Shown piece by piece: positions 25,949 through 38,173 of a DNA stretch of 64,000 nucleotides (position 1 is its first letter; each line of letters begins with the position of its first letter). Origin of the DNA: Diadema antillarum (lineage: Eukaryota); the NCBI RefSeq assembly GCF_040938485.1, contig NW_027270929.1, positions 930,001 through 994,000 on the forward strand. The letters run 5' to 3'. A program made the position numbers and the translations under genes. The notes under the pieces are model-generated. The model had not been told where the DNA came from, ran no database searches, and was given only the letters and a program-made list of their open reading frames with translations.

Positions 25949-26454
25949 AAACTAGAAAAGCACTCTGACCTCCGCCAAGCATGCAGCTCATTTCCACCAC
26001 TGATCTTGTTCTTCCACAGAGATATCGGTGATTTCCACCCCTTGTGTGCTGAAAGTCGCCCGATTTCCCAATATAGAAGCCTTTGTTACGTCATAAACCC
26101 TCAGCTGCATGGTGCGCTTCACCCTAGCAGAAACTAGAGCACGTACTTTAGTGCGCGCATGCAAACCTCAAATACGTGCAACCTGAACACCCAAGTTCAT
26201 TGACCGAGTACCTGCCAAAATATCAAAAATCCTTCATAAATTCCCCCAAAATTTTTGGATCACTACCGAAAGTTAATCGTGTATTACTTGTGTCATTCTA
26301 AACCTTTCTTGCAAGTTTCATCCAAGTCCGTTAACTACTTTTTGAGTTATTTTGCACACGGACAAACTAACTAACTATTAAACTAAGGAACAAACAAACA
26401 AACTAACAAACCAACGGTAACGAAAACATAACCTCCTCCCTTGGCGGAGGTAAA
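25949..26454 (-). mobile_element. Helentron/DINE-like non-autonomous element (second family)
   Basis: Inverted repeat ACCTCCGCCAAG (25968-25979) / CTTGGCGGAGGT (26440-26451). (CAAA/CTAA)n microsatellite lies next to the 5' end; the minus-strand 3' end reads ...AGAGTGCTTTTCTAGTT. Confidence 0.7.
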
Positions 26455-26852
26455 TATTCCCTCTGTTCCTGACATGAATATGACAATCATGCACGTATAG
26501 ATTTTTAAGTTCAGTACTGTACTCCACAAACGCAAATTTAACCACTTGCGAAATTGTCAGGAAGTCACAATTTGCCAAAAGTTGGACTCGCTAAATATGT
26601 ACCTGGTAGGCCTACAGCTTGCACATGTATATGGCATACAGTATTATGCTTCTGTCAAGCTTGTCTTGTTCATAGAAGGGGACTTGTGAGGTACCCTTCA
26701 TTTTTTATTTTAGTCATGTTTTTTACTTCCATAAAGAAAGCTGTAAAAGAGGCATTTACTCTGTATAATTATGCTCTGTTCATTTTTAGTCTGATGTAAA
26801 AAGTACAAGTACCAGTACCTGGTAAATCTGAGTTGATGTTTCATCAAGTTCA

Positions 26853-27422
26853 GTTCATTATGTACTCTTAAACTTCTTTCTTTTCTTTTTTTCAGTTTGA
26901 TGTCCAATTTGCAATCCTTCTAAAAAAGGATTTGTTGTATGATTTGTTTTCCATATAAGTTATGTAAAAAAAAAAAAAAAAAAAAACTCTATCATGAGGT
27001 GCTAGTGTTAATGCTATAGTAGATACAAAGCAATACATTTACATGTATTTTCTGAACAGGACAGATACAATGTATTTCTCATCCCTTACACACTTGGATA
27101 CATGTCCACAGTATTCACACTCAGTATCTGAATTAATGTTTCGTAAAGTTGTCACTTCATTATGTAATCTTAACTTCTTCTTTTTTTTTCAGCTTAATGA
27201 TAATGTCCAATATGTAATCCTTCTAAAAAAGGGATGTGTTGTATGATTTGTTTTCCTTCGGTTATGTTTAAAAAAATAGAACTTTATCATGAGGTGCTAA
27301 TGTTGATGCTATAATAGATACAAAGCAATACATTTACAAATGTACATGTATTTTCTGAACAGGAGAGATATACAATGTATTTCTCATCACTTATACACTT
27401 GGATACATGTTCACAGTATTCA
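26853..27422. repeat. Diverged tandem duplication of ~300 bp
   Basis: 26853-27116 aligns with 27155-27422 (e.g. TCATGAGGTGCTA..GATACAAAGCAATACATTTACA..ATGTATTTTCTGAACAGGA). Confidence 0.8.
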
Positions 27423-28109
27423 TTTTTCTTTTTAGGATTGTTCAGAGTTTTGAAATCACAAGTGAAGAGGAGAAACCATAATTGTATGTATCTCATACAA
27501 TGATGAAGAAATGATGAACATTTGTGTGCAGGCAAGGTTTCAGTAAATGAAAAAGAAATCCATGAAACCTAGAAATTTGTGAAGTGTAATTTGCATATTG
27601 TTTGCTCGTCTAAATAATCTGGAATGCATAAAAATACAATGTACAAAAAACTGCACAAGCAGGTCAGTCTTTCTGAATCAACAGTAGATACCATCTGTAA
27701 GAATATATACTTGTATTTTATAAATACATGTACTGTACTTGATGTAAAGCTGAGGTAAAGTTGAATTTTGGAGCAGTCTAATACGTATCATTGTCATACA
27801 CTGTATCTCTGAATTAATGATTTTGTGTAACAGCATCCACTTTGAATATGCAGAAATTAGATCTGATTCCAAAACAATAACAGGTTCAGCTAGGTTTTAA
27901 CAATGAAATTTGTGTTGATCCACTGCCTTTGATTTGTATGAGCTGGTGATGTTTTTGAACTGCCTCTCTGTTTATTTACCCAAACTTTTTAGCAAAGGGG
28001 GGATGGGAAATCGAGGACTTCAACTATATTCTCACGTGTACAGTGATAGTTGACAAGGAAGTAATAGTGTAGCAATCCTTTGGGAAGGAAGTACACACTG
28101 AAATATTGA

Positions 28110-28797
28110 AACAAGACAGGGAAAACTGACCTGAAACAAATAATGAATAATGAAAACTTTGAGCAAAGAAAATGGGTTTTCATCAGGATTCTAGATCGGT
28201 TTTCGTCCCAAACCCTTAACTCTCTTTGCTCGCGTGGTCAGAAGCTATAGTGTGTGTATGTGTGCCACACACACACACACACACGTTTACCTGACATAAA
28301 CCCAAGGGATGTGAATCAACTTTGGAATAAATGCAAGGGATCGCCGAAGCGATGCAGCTTTTTTTGTAATATATATTGAAATAAGAAAGGGATACTATCC
28401 AGAGGTCTTGGGTTCGAATCCCGATGAAAACCCATTCATTTTCTTTGCTCAAAGTTTTCACTAGTCATTATTTGTTTCTGGTCAGTTTTCCCTTTCTTGT
28501 TTCAATATATATTTAAAAAAAAGCTGCATCGCTTCGGCGATCCCTCGCATTTATTCCAAAGTTGATTCACATCCTATGGGTTTATGTCAGGTTAATGTGT
28601 GTGTGTGTGTGTGTGGCACACATACACACACTATATAATAGCTTCTGACAACCCGAGCAAAGAGAGTTAAGGGTTTGGGACGAACACCGATCTAGGGCTT
28701 TCAATAGCTCAGTCGGTAGAGCACCGGTCTAGTAATCCGGAGGTCTTGGGTTCGAATCCCGATGAAAACCCATTTTCTTTGCTCAAAGTTTTCACTA
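28110..28797. mobile_element. tRNA-Thr(AGT)-derived SINE-like repeat in tandem plus inverted arrangement
   Basis: Head at ~28685-28770 has A box TAGCTCAGTCGG, B box GGTTCGAATCC and anticodon loop CTAGTAA. The body at 28490-28695 is the reverse complement of 28190-28392. Confidence 0.75.
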
Positions 28798-31517
28798 TAT
28801 ATATTTATATAAATATATATATATATATATATTTTAATAAAAGTGACGTGGCATCAAACTCCTTTGTATTTCATTCCATATCAATTTTATGTGTCACAGG
28901 AATATGTTCAAAGTGAGAGGTCCTTACTTCTAGAGAGTTATTATAACTATAATACTATATACTATAATATAGTATAATACTTCAAGTGAATTTTTCGAAG
29001 TTCACAAAATTATTGTATTTACTGCTTTGCATCAAGTTGCACACATTAGACTCATTCCAGTTGGGATGACAATAAGAAACTTTGGAGGCAAATGAGCGTG
29101 TACAATTAGCATAATATGATATTTATTGTTTGAAGGTAGCATGTCATAACTTAGCAAACCAAGTCTTGATCACCAAGCTTGCGTTGGAAAAGCTCACTTG
29201 TTAGTGTTTAATAGCTTTGACAGAGAGGCAAACACACTTCTCAGGATTGCTCACGCAGTAAAATTTATATGCCAGATTCTTTTAATATGTGCATGATTGG
29301 CTTAGTCTAAGTCACAGCAAGTCTGCAGCCTGAACACCTCCGGATCTTCAGCTCAATACATGTATAAAGAAGTTACCAGTAAGCAATAATACAACACACT
29401 ATATACATAATAATATACTATATAGAGAAAGAAACGAAAATGTCTTGTGGAACTTCTGACCAAATAACAATAACAGCACTGAAGTTACTTCTGGCCCTTT
29501 ATTTGAAAAAGAAAAACAGATATTTCAAGCGACTGTGTCCAGAGACGAGCTGACTTTCTGACTTCATTTCAGAGGTCCCATAGTAGGGTAATACACTAAA
29601 AACACAATAAAAACTATCTATTAACACAGTTGAAACATTTGTAGTATTGAATTTTCTTATATGATTGGTACAATAAAAAAAAAAAAAACCGAAATTGCTA
29701 TATTCAGCATTCAAATTAAAATGATATACAAATGTACAATAATTTTTTTTTCTTTTCTAGTACAAACACATCCTGGCAACTCTCAACATGTATATCACGG
29801 AAGCATTTGTCAATTTAACTTTATTCTCCTTCTTTTCTTTCTTTTTTTCATGTGTGTCCAGTAGATTATTTGACATGTGGTGTGCTTGGAGAAATTTAGG
29901 TTGTGTGCTTGAGAAATGACGTCCACAATCAGTAACTCTTATTTAAAATATGCTTGAAGAAATCATATTTTAGCATTACAGTTCTCAATTGAAAAAAAAC
30001 AACAAACAAACAGATAAATAGTACATTTTGTAGAAATAAATTGTAAACACATGTACATGTACAATGTACATTCGAGATGGTAAAACATCAGTACACTCAC
30101 ATTTCAATCTTTATACTTTCTTTTACTATCAATTTATTTACATTTTTAATACTTTCTCAAGCATATATGCTTTTTCTGCTATCAAAAAAAACAAAAAAAA
30201 ACAGACTTTGCATTTTGGCTTTTTCTTCTTTCTGTTTTTTCAATAGAAAAATAGAATAAAAATTTGTGATAAATACAAAGACGAGTATGATATATTCGAT
30301 ATGCACAAGGATAGGCCATAATGTACATTATATCACACAGAATTGGATGAACTAGGCATCAGTCAAACAGAGATCAATGAATATTCATAAATAACAAAAT
30401 CTAGACTACAACGTGGCCTGGCTTTCAGGGACCAACACTTGGTGGGATTTGGAACACATATCATGTCGATGCTATGTTCGTGCAACGTACAAGGTGTACA
30501 CAGTACGAGTGTGCAAGAAAACAAAAAATTGCCAGGGAGACAAGAATGCACTCACTGTTATTGCTTTGCTGTTTGACGAAGTCTACAGGCAGCCACTAAG
30601 GAATCGTGATTACACTTGGGTTTGAAGACTTGCATGAGAGATGATAACATCTGTATAGAAAGGCATGTTAATTTTGTTTATTTTTTATTCAAAGCGGAAG
30701 GCTTGCTCTGCATGTCTGCAGCTTGCTACACACTTTACTGCAATTGGGCAAAAAACAACAAAAAATCAAGAGGCTCCCAGTCAACCCTCACAGACTTCAG
30801 ATAACTTGGGAACAATCTCACAGCTAGGAATTACATTACACCTCGTATCTAACTTACAGAATTTCCTAGTGGTGACTTGAGATACCAACTCCCTAGCTTT
30901 ACAAAGTACAAAACTTCCACCTGCCATATTTTTACCCACTGGTGGGGGATTGGGTTAGGAACATCTTTATACCGCACGAGTACAGAAACTGATGGCAATA
31001 TCAAGGACTACACAACCTCCCGCCATGGAACTCACTGCATGTAATACTACGTGCAGAAATACATGTAACACTAAATATGAAAGAGGCAGCAAACAGTGTT
31101 AAGGCTCTGCAGGCTCCTTACATGTAACAAGTGGAAGAATATCTCTATATGAGAATTTACAGAAGAACAGCATGGGAAATTGGGAAGTTGTTACTTACTT
31201 CCCTTTTTCTAGGGTGCAACATGTGCTGGAATAGTCAGACAGACACGCAGACAAACTCATTCTAAAGTTTAGATCAACACACCTACAAGGTTAACCTGCC
31301 CTTTTTGATCCAATGCACAAAGACAACAATAGTTGCTACAAAAGAACATTCTTCACTATCTCTTTCACTCACCAGTAACAATTATTCACTCACCAGTAAC
31401 AATTATTCACACACAGCAGTATCTGCAGAAATTCTCCCATTTAATTAACGACAACCACAGCTGTTCCACACATGAAGTCAACGTAAGTCAGCTTGAAATG
31501 GTAACCAACGGTAGTAG

Positions 31518-31707
31518 TACAGTGTACTCCCGTTATAACGAACACAGTTATAACGAAATTCCTGTCACAACGAAGTAAAAATTTGGGCTGCAACGTTATC
31601 CACTCTGTGCATTTTTATTGTTTATTTGTTGGTTTATAATGAAATTTCGATATAACGAATGAAAACTGCCGGTCCAGAGGACTTCGTTATAACGGGAGTC
31701 CACTGTA
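31518..31707. mobile_element. Family B MITE copy
   Basis: TA|CAGTGTACTCCCGTTATAACGAA ... TTCGTTATAACGGGAGTCCACTG|TA. Confidence 0.8.
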
Positions 31708-33665
31708 TGGATAGTCATGGTGTGATTTTCATTCTCTCTGATGCTCATATTGACCTGAGACCAAAAGAACTCTTTTCAGGTAGGCTATATATACATAAAA
31801 CTTGCACAATGTCAGAGTAAATGACAGTACACCAAAAAGTGGTCTGGGATTCCATACGTTGTGAAGCAGTGATGGCATTATAAATGCGTAGTTGTTGCTG
31901 AGAAAAGGTACGGACACATGAAAACAGAAATGGCTGAACAATACAAAACACATAGTAATACTGCAGCACCATTGAAAATAAATAGCTCATATGAATAAAC
32001 CATGAAGTTATGACTGGATGCTAATACAAGAGGTGATGTATCAATGATGTCGTGACTGAACATGCCCAAGTCAGTGTGTTGCCAATTTAATGCATACTAA
32101 CATAATATAATCAACATATACATTTATGCTGACTAAAATATCTCACACCTAGCTGTGTGCTACTGACACATACGCACATGGAAAACACTTGCTAAAAACA
32201 GAACATTGACATAATGGCAGTGGTTTGATTCAGCATGCACATTGTACCTTTTACTTTCTCCTTTTCTTCTTTTCAACACAACTTATGAGAGTACAGAATC
32301 ATGTCTCCAAAATCATATTGCTCATAAAAAATAAATAAATAAATAAAAACATTATGAAACTTAAAATTTGGGGGCTGCTCATATCTATTTTGCATCACGA
32401 ATACGTAATGGCACAATTTTGTCATTCCCACTGGCCTCTGTTTATAACTCTTGACACAAACAATAACATATAACTGGATCAACTCTGCACAGTACAGTCC
32501 ACCTGTTTTATCTGAAACTTAGGTGTATACTCCATATGAAAATCTACACGGGCAGCTAAACTTGAGAGAATAGGTATAGCGACAAAATATATGGAAGCTT
32601 CGCTTCACAAAGTATGCAAAAAAAGAAGTGCCCCCCCCCCCTAAAAAAAAAAAAAAAATCAGCATACAATACAATGTCCAGGATAATCTCATTTTTCTTT
32701 TGCTCAATACATAGGGAGAGACAAGACTCGAGATGATTATTATTTTGTTATCATTACTCTTTTTGTATGATTTTTTTGGAGAATGAATAAAGTGCATCAA
32801 GTGATATCACATTTGGTTTTGCTGTCTTATCCCTCCACAGAGTTAATACTGCTCACAAAACCTAGTGTAATGCTTTCTGAAAGATTGTACAAAATCAGTC
32901 CACAGGTGAAGCAGAAACATAACCACAACCGACTCAATACAACCATCAAGTGAATAGTGGAAGAGGGCCAGTGTTTGTGTAAACCCTGTCCATATGCAAG
33001 TTTTGAGATTCTACATTGTACAATATTAAGAATTATTTTATTCCACATCTTGCAGAATTCAATCAGTATCATAGTCCAACCATGGCAAACGTACGGCATG
33101 TCGTGAAGAAAAAAAAAGCAACAGAAAGAGCTCAGAAGTTGTTCAACAAAAGAGGTTTATATGCTGGTAATGACAGTGGCTGAAAATGAACTATTTCAGT
33201 GGGAAAAGGCTAAACTTTAATAGCTACCAGTAAATACTCTAGGACACGATGTGGCGTGCAATGTTGAAAGTTTGGTTTAATAAAGCAACATCTCCATGTA
33301 CAGGTACACACAAACATACATGTATTATACTTCCTGTCAGCTCGCTTCATTGCTGTTTCACACAAAGTGAGGGTGTTTGTGAATGAGGATAACAAAATAA
33401 GACTGATGCTATTTCGTGACAGCCTGGAAACTCCATGAACGATGAGCTAGAGCAGCTGAAGATCAGAGTTGCTTTGTCTCCATTTGTATCACCGGAGCTT
33501 TTCTCACTTTCTCTTCCAGGGCTAAAGTCTGCTGGAATCTTGCCAGTCAAAGAAAGTAGTAATCATCGAGTCTCCTGGATGTAGCCTTGTTTCTTTCTTC
33601 AGTGCCAGGCCCCCAATCCAATTCTCTTGCCTGTTGCCAAGGCTCGGCAGCTAGATCGCACACCC

Positions 33666-33713
33666 TCACACCAAATCGGCAAAATCTCCCTGTCCACCAA
33701 AGTCACCATTTTC
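33666..33713 (-). CDS. HIP1: Candidate distal terminal coding exon of HIP1 (ENGDFGGQGDFADLV*)
   Basis: Long polypyrimidine tract plus CTAG acceptor at 33715-33714, phase 0 as required after exon 45273-45101. Encodes a short acidic peptide then TGA, followed by UTR-like sequence. Confidence 0.55.
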   Translation of the reverse strand, partial: ENGDFGGQGDFADLV

Positions 33714-33829
33714 CTAGATGGCCGACCAAAACAAATGAGAGAGAGGGGAGAAGCCAAATACTCAGAGTTAGCGGAATCACATAAAGTATTTATCATTTGG
33801 ACACATATCATAAATTTACACTTTTCTGG

Positions 33830-34051
33830 TACTGTAAAATTAGGAAAGTTCACATGCATTTTAATTTCGTGAATTTCATGAGAGTCATGATTTGCAAAAT
33901 TAAAATGCATGTGAAAGTTTTTGCCTATACTACAATAATAACATTATGCATTGGATGCCAGTGGCAAGTCGCAAATTTCATGCCACAAAAAAAGGCCATT
34001 GGCTCCAATTCTCGGAAATTTTGTGCCGCAAATGTATCGTGTTTTACAGTA
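33830..34051. mobile_element. TA-flanked MITE with CTGTAAAA ends (family C2)
   Basis: TA|CTGTAAAAT ... GTTTTACAG|TA; reverse-complement homologue of 57055-57265. Confidence 0.7.
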
Positions 34052-34930
34052 CATTGTACATTGTTATTCCATGAGTGTTGCAATGCAGTGGTACAAAATA
34101 TTTTGGCGACCCAACTCTCAGAATTTTTACGTTTTTTTTTTCTTTTTATCTCAATTATTGGGACCATCACAAGGTAAGGACAAAGAAACTACATCAAACG
34201 AAGGGCCAATGAAGAAGAGTTAAAAATGCTCTCGTGACAGGGATGTTGTAATGTAATTGTATCCCCAGTACTTATCACATAGATACACTGTATAGCAAAG
34301 CACCTGCTGGCAAATGCAGGGTGCAAATATTAACATATAATTGTATGTGATTAAAATTTGACTATAGGCAATATAGATAATTGCAAGAAAGCAAAAAAGC
34401 AGGGCAATGAAGGACATTAAAATGAATCAACTCATTGACAGGGTCGTTTTACATTTCATACCTGTGGTAGCTTTGAAGAGTCAATAACAAAGCAAATGAT
34501 GCAGAAATACATGAACAAAAGAAGACTTGCAATTCCTTAGCACTTAAATCACTGCTGTCTGATTAATTCACTGATTCAAAATGCTCTCAGGCAGTATATC
34601 TTAAAATATGATTTGCTGGCATATAGACTGACTTTTGCATTACCTACTGAGAAAAAAAAGAAAAGAAATGATAATAGTAAAACCAATATCAATATCAATA
34701 GGAAATTTAAATGAGAACTTACCTGTTTGAAATTTAAATTGTATTTTATGAGGAAGGCGAAGGAAGAGACTACGAAGCATAAAGAGTAATAATAGGAGAG
34801 CCCGCACGCGCGTCCAGCAATATTAGTAGCTCCGAAAAATGTGAATACCAATACCAGCAGTCATCCTACTGCTATTGAGAACTACAACCTTGTACCTGAG
34901 ATTATGAAGAAGGGTGGGAGAGGAGGGACT

Positions 34931-35061
34931 GTAGTCTCTTCCTTCGCCTTCCTCATAAAATACAATTTAAATTTCAAACAGGTAAGTTCTCATTTAAATT
35001 TCCTATTTTATTTCGGAAGTCTCGAAAGAGACTACGAAGCATAAAGAGTAATAATAGGAGA
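34931..35061. repeat. DIRS internal complementary region (ICR)
   Basis: 34931-35007 is the reverse complement of 34697-34773, and 35004-35061 is the reverse complement of 39691-39748. Confidence 0.95.
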
Positions 35062-35151
35062 CTTTGAAGCTGGTAGTCACATTTTTTGGCCACACAGAAC
35101 TGTGCCAATGACCATAATTACCACAAGGGGTACAATGTACGGCTTTACCTT

Positions 35152-36126
35152 TTATGATAATACTGCATGGCTGAAACCCCTATTCTCATTCCTGAGGGGT
35201 TTCGCGTAATATGTTTGAAATGTCTTCTCGTTACTCCAGCCTGCCTGTGCCAAAATCTCATGTACAGGCAGATCTTTCCTCTGGGCAGCAGACGCTGAGG
35301 CTGCTCTCGTGGAGTGTGCCGAGAACAAGCTGGTGTCAATCCCAGCTTCCGTCATAACTGTCTTAATCCATCGTGACAAAGTTTGGGTAGAAACTCTGTG
35401 ATACGGTTTACAAAAACTTATTAACAGATACTTTTGGTCCTTCCTAATGATCTGAGTCCTTCTCAGATACTCTCGAAGGTATCGTACAATGCAAACTCGT
35501 CTGTCTGGAGGGTACGCTCTTAGGCTAACGACTTGGCCTGTATTACCAGGTCTGTGGTGCTTTAACAAGTCATCAATGACGAAATTGACAGAGTTGTCTT
35601 TGAATGTCATCTTGTCTATTCTCAAAGCATTCAATGTCTGCACCCGCTGTGCTGAGAGAAGCGCTAATAACATAGTCACTTTCAACGTTAGCTCTTTCAA
35701 ACCCAATTCGCCTGCAGGTGATTTCCTCCTCAGATAGTTGAGGACAGTTCTAACGTCCCACACCTCCGTGTAGCGTGGTCTGGGGGGTCGTAAGTGAAAG
35801 ACTCCCTTCACAAATCTAGTTATTAGAGGATGAGTGCTTATGGAAAACGAACTGTCTGTGAGTGTCAGAAAAGAAGCCAGTGCACTTCTAGCAGAGTTTA
35901 TAGTACCGTAGCTAGCTCCCTTATGGAACAAGTCTGAAAGAAATTCTAGTGCCCATTCCGATGAGGTCTGGAGATAGTTAATGTTGTTGGCAGTGCAGAA
36001 AACTTTCCATTTGCTGATGAAGCTATGATATTGCTGTCGTGTAGATTTCCTCCAAGAAGCTACGATGACCTTGACGGTCCCTGCACTCAATCCCTGCGAC
36101 CTGAAGGGTTGGCTGAAAGCCTGCAA
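35152..36126 (-). CDS. DIRS tyrosine recombinase (YR) ORF, 324 aa
   Basis: N-terminal SAM-like region (STRQQYHSFISKW...GTINSARSAL...HPLITRFVKG). Catalytic residues recognisable in LSAQR, KHHRPG, AHSTRA, AGW and TYY. No internal stop. The ORF-track start is TTG; the first ATG is residue 152. Confidence 0.95.
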   Translation of the reverse strand: MQAFSQPFRSQGLSAGTVKVIVASWRKSTRQQYHSFISKWKVFCTANNINYLQTSSEWALEFLSDLFHKGASYGTINSARSALASFLTLTDSSFSISTHPLITRFVKGVFHLRPPRPRYTEVWDVRTVLNYLRRKSPAGELGLKELTLKVTMLLALLSAQRVQTLNALRIDKMTFKDNSVNFVIDDLLKHHRPGNTGQVVSLRAYPPDRRVCIVRYLREYLRRTQIIRKDQKYLLISFCKPYHRVSTQTLSRWIKTVMTEAGIDTSLFSAHSTRAASASAAQRKDLPVHEILAQAGWSNEKTFQTYYAKPLRNENRGFSHAVLS

Positions 36127-38114
36127 CAGAGCAAATCCAAATGTTTGTGTAAGGGGTGGGGCATAAAAGACACAGGTTGAACAAGAAGTTGTGCATGTCT
36201 ACATAGGACAAGTGGTTTTTCAGTCAGCATGTCCTGAAGTGCTGGGAACCATGATTGTGTAGGCCAGTTTGGTACTATTAACAACCCTGTGGCTTTATCT
36301 GCCCTTATCTTTTGCAGACATTTAGGGATAAGGCAGAAGGGAGGGAAAGCATAGAACCATAATGGACCCCAATCCACTGTAAATGCATCTACATTCTCTG
36401 CCGAAGGATCAGGCTGCCAAGTGATATACCTGGGTAGCTGTGCATTAAGTCTGGAAGCGAAAAGATCGATTTCAGGGAGGCCGAAATGTTCTACCACTTC
36501 TGTAAATTGGGTTTTGTTAAGCATCCACTCTGTTCGATCATTAAACTTCCTTGACATGAAGTCTGCTGTGGTATTGAGCCGTCCTGGCAAGTAGGCGGCT
36601 GTGATCCAAATCTGTCTTTCAATACACCATTCCCAAATATCATGTGCCAAATTGTTGCATTCCTGGGATCTGAAGCCCCCCATATTGTTGATATATGAGA
36701 CTGCAGTTGTATTATCCATTCTAATGAGAACATGAACATTTCTCAGGTTAGAGCAAAAGGACTTCAATGCCAATCCTGCTGCAAGGGTTTCTAGATAATT
36801 TATCTCATTGTTAACAGCCTTTTCTCTTTCCACTTCATTCCATCGTCCCCCTATGTTTGTGCACATGTCTGTTGCTCCCCAACCAGACCCACTCGCATCA
36901 GTGCGCAATTCTATTGTATGCCTGGGTCTGTCGATAGGATTAGAGGTGTACTGTATGTGATCAATCCACCACTTAAGTTCCTGTTTGGCTCTACTAGACA
37001 AGCTCATTTTCCTATCAAAATGACCTTTATTGGCCTTCAATGCCAAAATCTTCTCTTTTTCCAAGATTTTGTAGTAGAGGGGCCCATATTGGGCTGCAGG
37101 AAAGGTAGCAATCAGTTTCCCTATTACTCTAGCCACTTCTCGGATAGAGGATTCTGTGGCATGCAACAGACTTGTGCACTCAGCAGTGATATCTTCCTTC
37201 TTAGATTCAGGAAGAGTAACTGTCATGTTCACAGAGTTAAGGACAAATCCCAAAAAGGTGATTTCTTTAGTGGGTTTTAACACTGATTTAGTCTGATGGA
37301 CAAGAAACCCCAAGTCTTCGAGGAGATCAGTCGTAGCATCGACTGCTCTTTGAGTGCTAGCCTCACTCTTCCCAATAATGATAGTATCATCAAGGTATCC
37401 CACTACCATGTGACCTGCTCTTCTCAGATGAGCAAAAACCGGTTTGAGAAGCTTTGTGAACAAACGCGGTGCTGTACTAAGCCCGTTTGGCAGTGCGCAA
37501 TATTGCCAAAGTTTGCCCTGCCACACAAATCGCAGGTATTTCCTATCCTGCGGCTCAACTGGTACTGAATAGTAAGCATCCTGAAGGTCGACTGAGGCTA
37601 GCAAGCAATCTGGTGTAATAAATTGCATTGCTGTATGGATGGAATCCATTTTGAAATGCTGATAGACTAGGCTTTTGTTCAACTCTGAGAGGTCAAGAAT
37701 GACCCGAAGGCTGCCATTCTTCTTAGGGCGGGTAAAAATGTTCGAGATGAACTCCCCCACTTCATGTGAACAAGGTTCAATAACATTCTTGGCTGCCAGT
37801 GAATCAATTTCAGCTTGGATATTGGCCAAATCTTCATTCTTTACTTTGAACTGAACCAAAGGATTAACCCTTTCAGGTGGAAAACATTCAGGCTTGAATT
37901 CAAGTTTATAGCCATTCACAGCTTGTAGTACTGTGGGATCTGAAGTTAACTTCTCCCAATTACATGCATGAAGCCTCAGTCGACCTCCAACTGGATGGTC
38001 ACTTACACATGAAGTGGTAGGTCTAGATTCTATAGATCTAGTAAATTGAGGAGTAGATCTAGAATACCGTTCTTCTAGATAAGGTAGAAATGCATCATGG
38101 TCAGTTACTGACAT
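36087..38114 (-). CDS. DIRS Pol: reverse transcriptase - RNase H - adenine-methyltransferase-like domain, 675 aa
   Basis: RT motifs RVILDL, SVDLQDAYY, LPNGLSTAPRLF and YLDD. RNase H motifs TDASGSGWG, INYLET, RMDNTTAVSYIN and NTTADFMSR. C-terminal IDLFAS...YAFPP MT-like domain. ORF uninterrupted. Confidence 0.97.
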   Translation of the reverse strand: MSVTDHDAFLPYLEERYSRSTPQFTRSIESRPTTSCVSDHPVGGRLRLHACNWEKLTSDPTVLQAVNGYKLEFKPECFPPERVNPLVQFKVKNEDLANIQAEIDSLAAKNVIEPCSHEVGEFISNIFTRPKKNGSLRVILDLSELNKSLVYQHFKMDSIHTAMQFITPDCLLASVDLQDAYYSVPVEPQDRKYLRFVWQGKLWQYCALPNGLSTAPRLFTKLLKPVFAHLRRAGHMVVGYLDDTIIIGKSEASTQRAVDATTDLLEDLGFLVHQTKSVLKPTKEITFLGFVLNSVNMTVTLPESKKEDITAECTSLLHATESSIREVARVIGKLIATFPAAQYGPLYYKILEKEKILALKANKGHFDRKMSLSSRAKQELKWWIDHIQYTSNPIDRPRHTIELRTDASGSGWGATDMCTNIGGRWNEVEREKAVNNEINYLETLAAGLALKSFCSNLRNVHVLIRMDNTTAVSYINNMGGFRSQECNNLAHDIWEWCIERQIWITAAYLPGRLNTTADFMSRKFNDRTEWMLNKTQFTEVVEHFGLPEIDLFASRLNAQLPRYITWQPDPSAENVDAFTVDWGPLWFYAFPPFCLIPKCLQKIRADKATGLLIVPNWPTQSWFPALQDMLTEKPLVLCRHAQLLVQPVSFMPHPLHKHLDLLCCRLSANPSGRRD

Positions 38115-38173
38115 GTCAAATGAGCAATATGTTGAATCTATATCTCCTACCTCTTCAGAGGCGGGCTGTTGGG

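Noticed and set aside
28685-28770. Functional tRNA-Thr(AGT) gene
   Set aside because: The acceptor stem is out of register, the anticodon stem has a T-T mismatch, and the head is embedded in a repeated body. It is treated as SINE-like.
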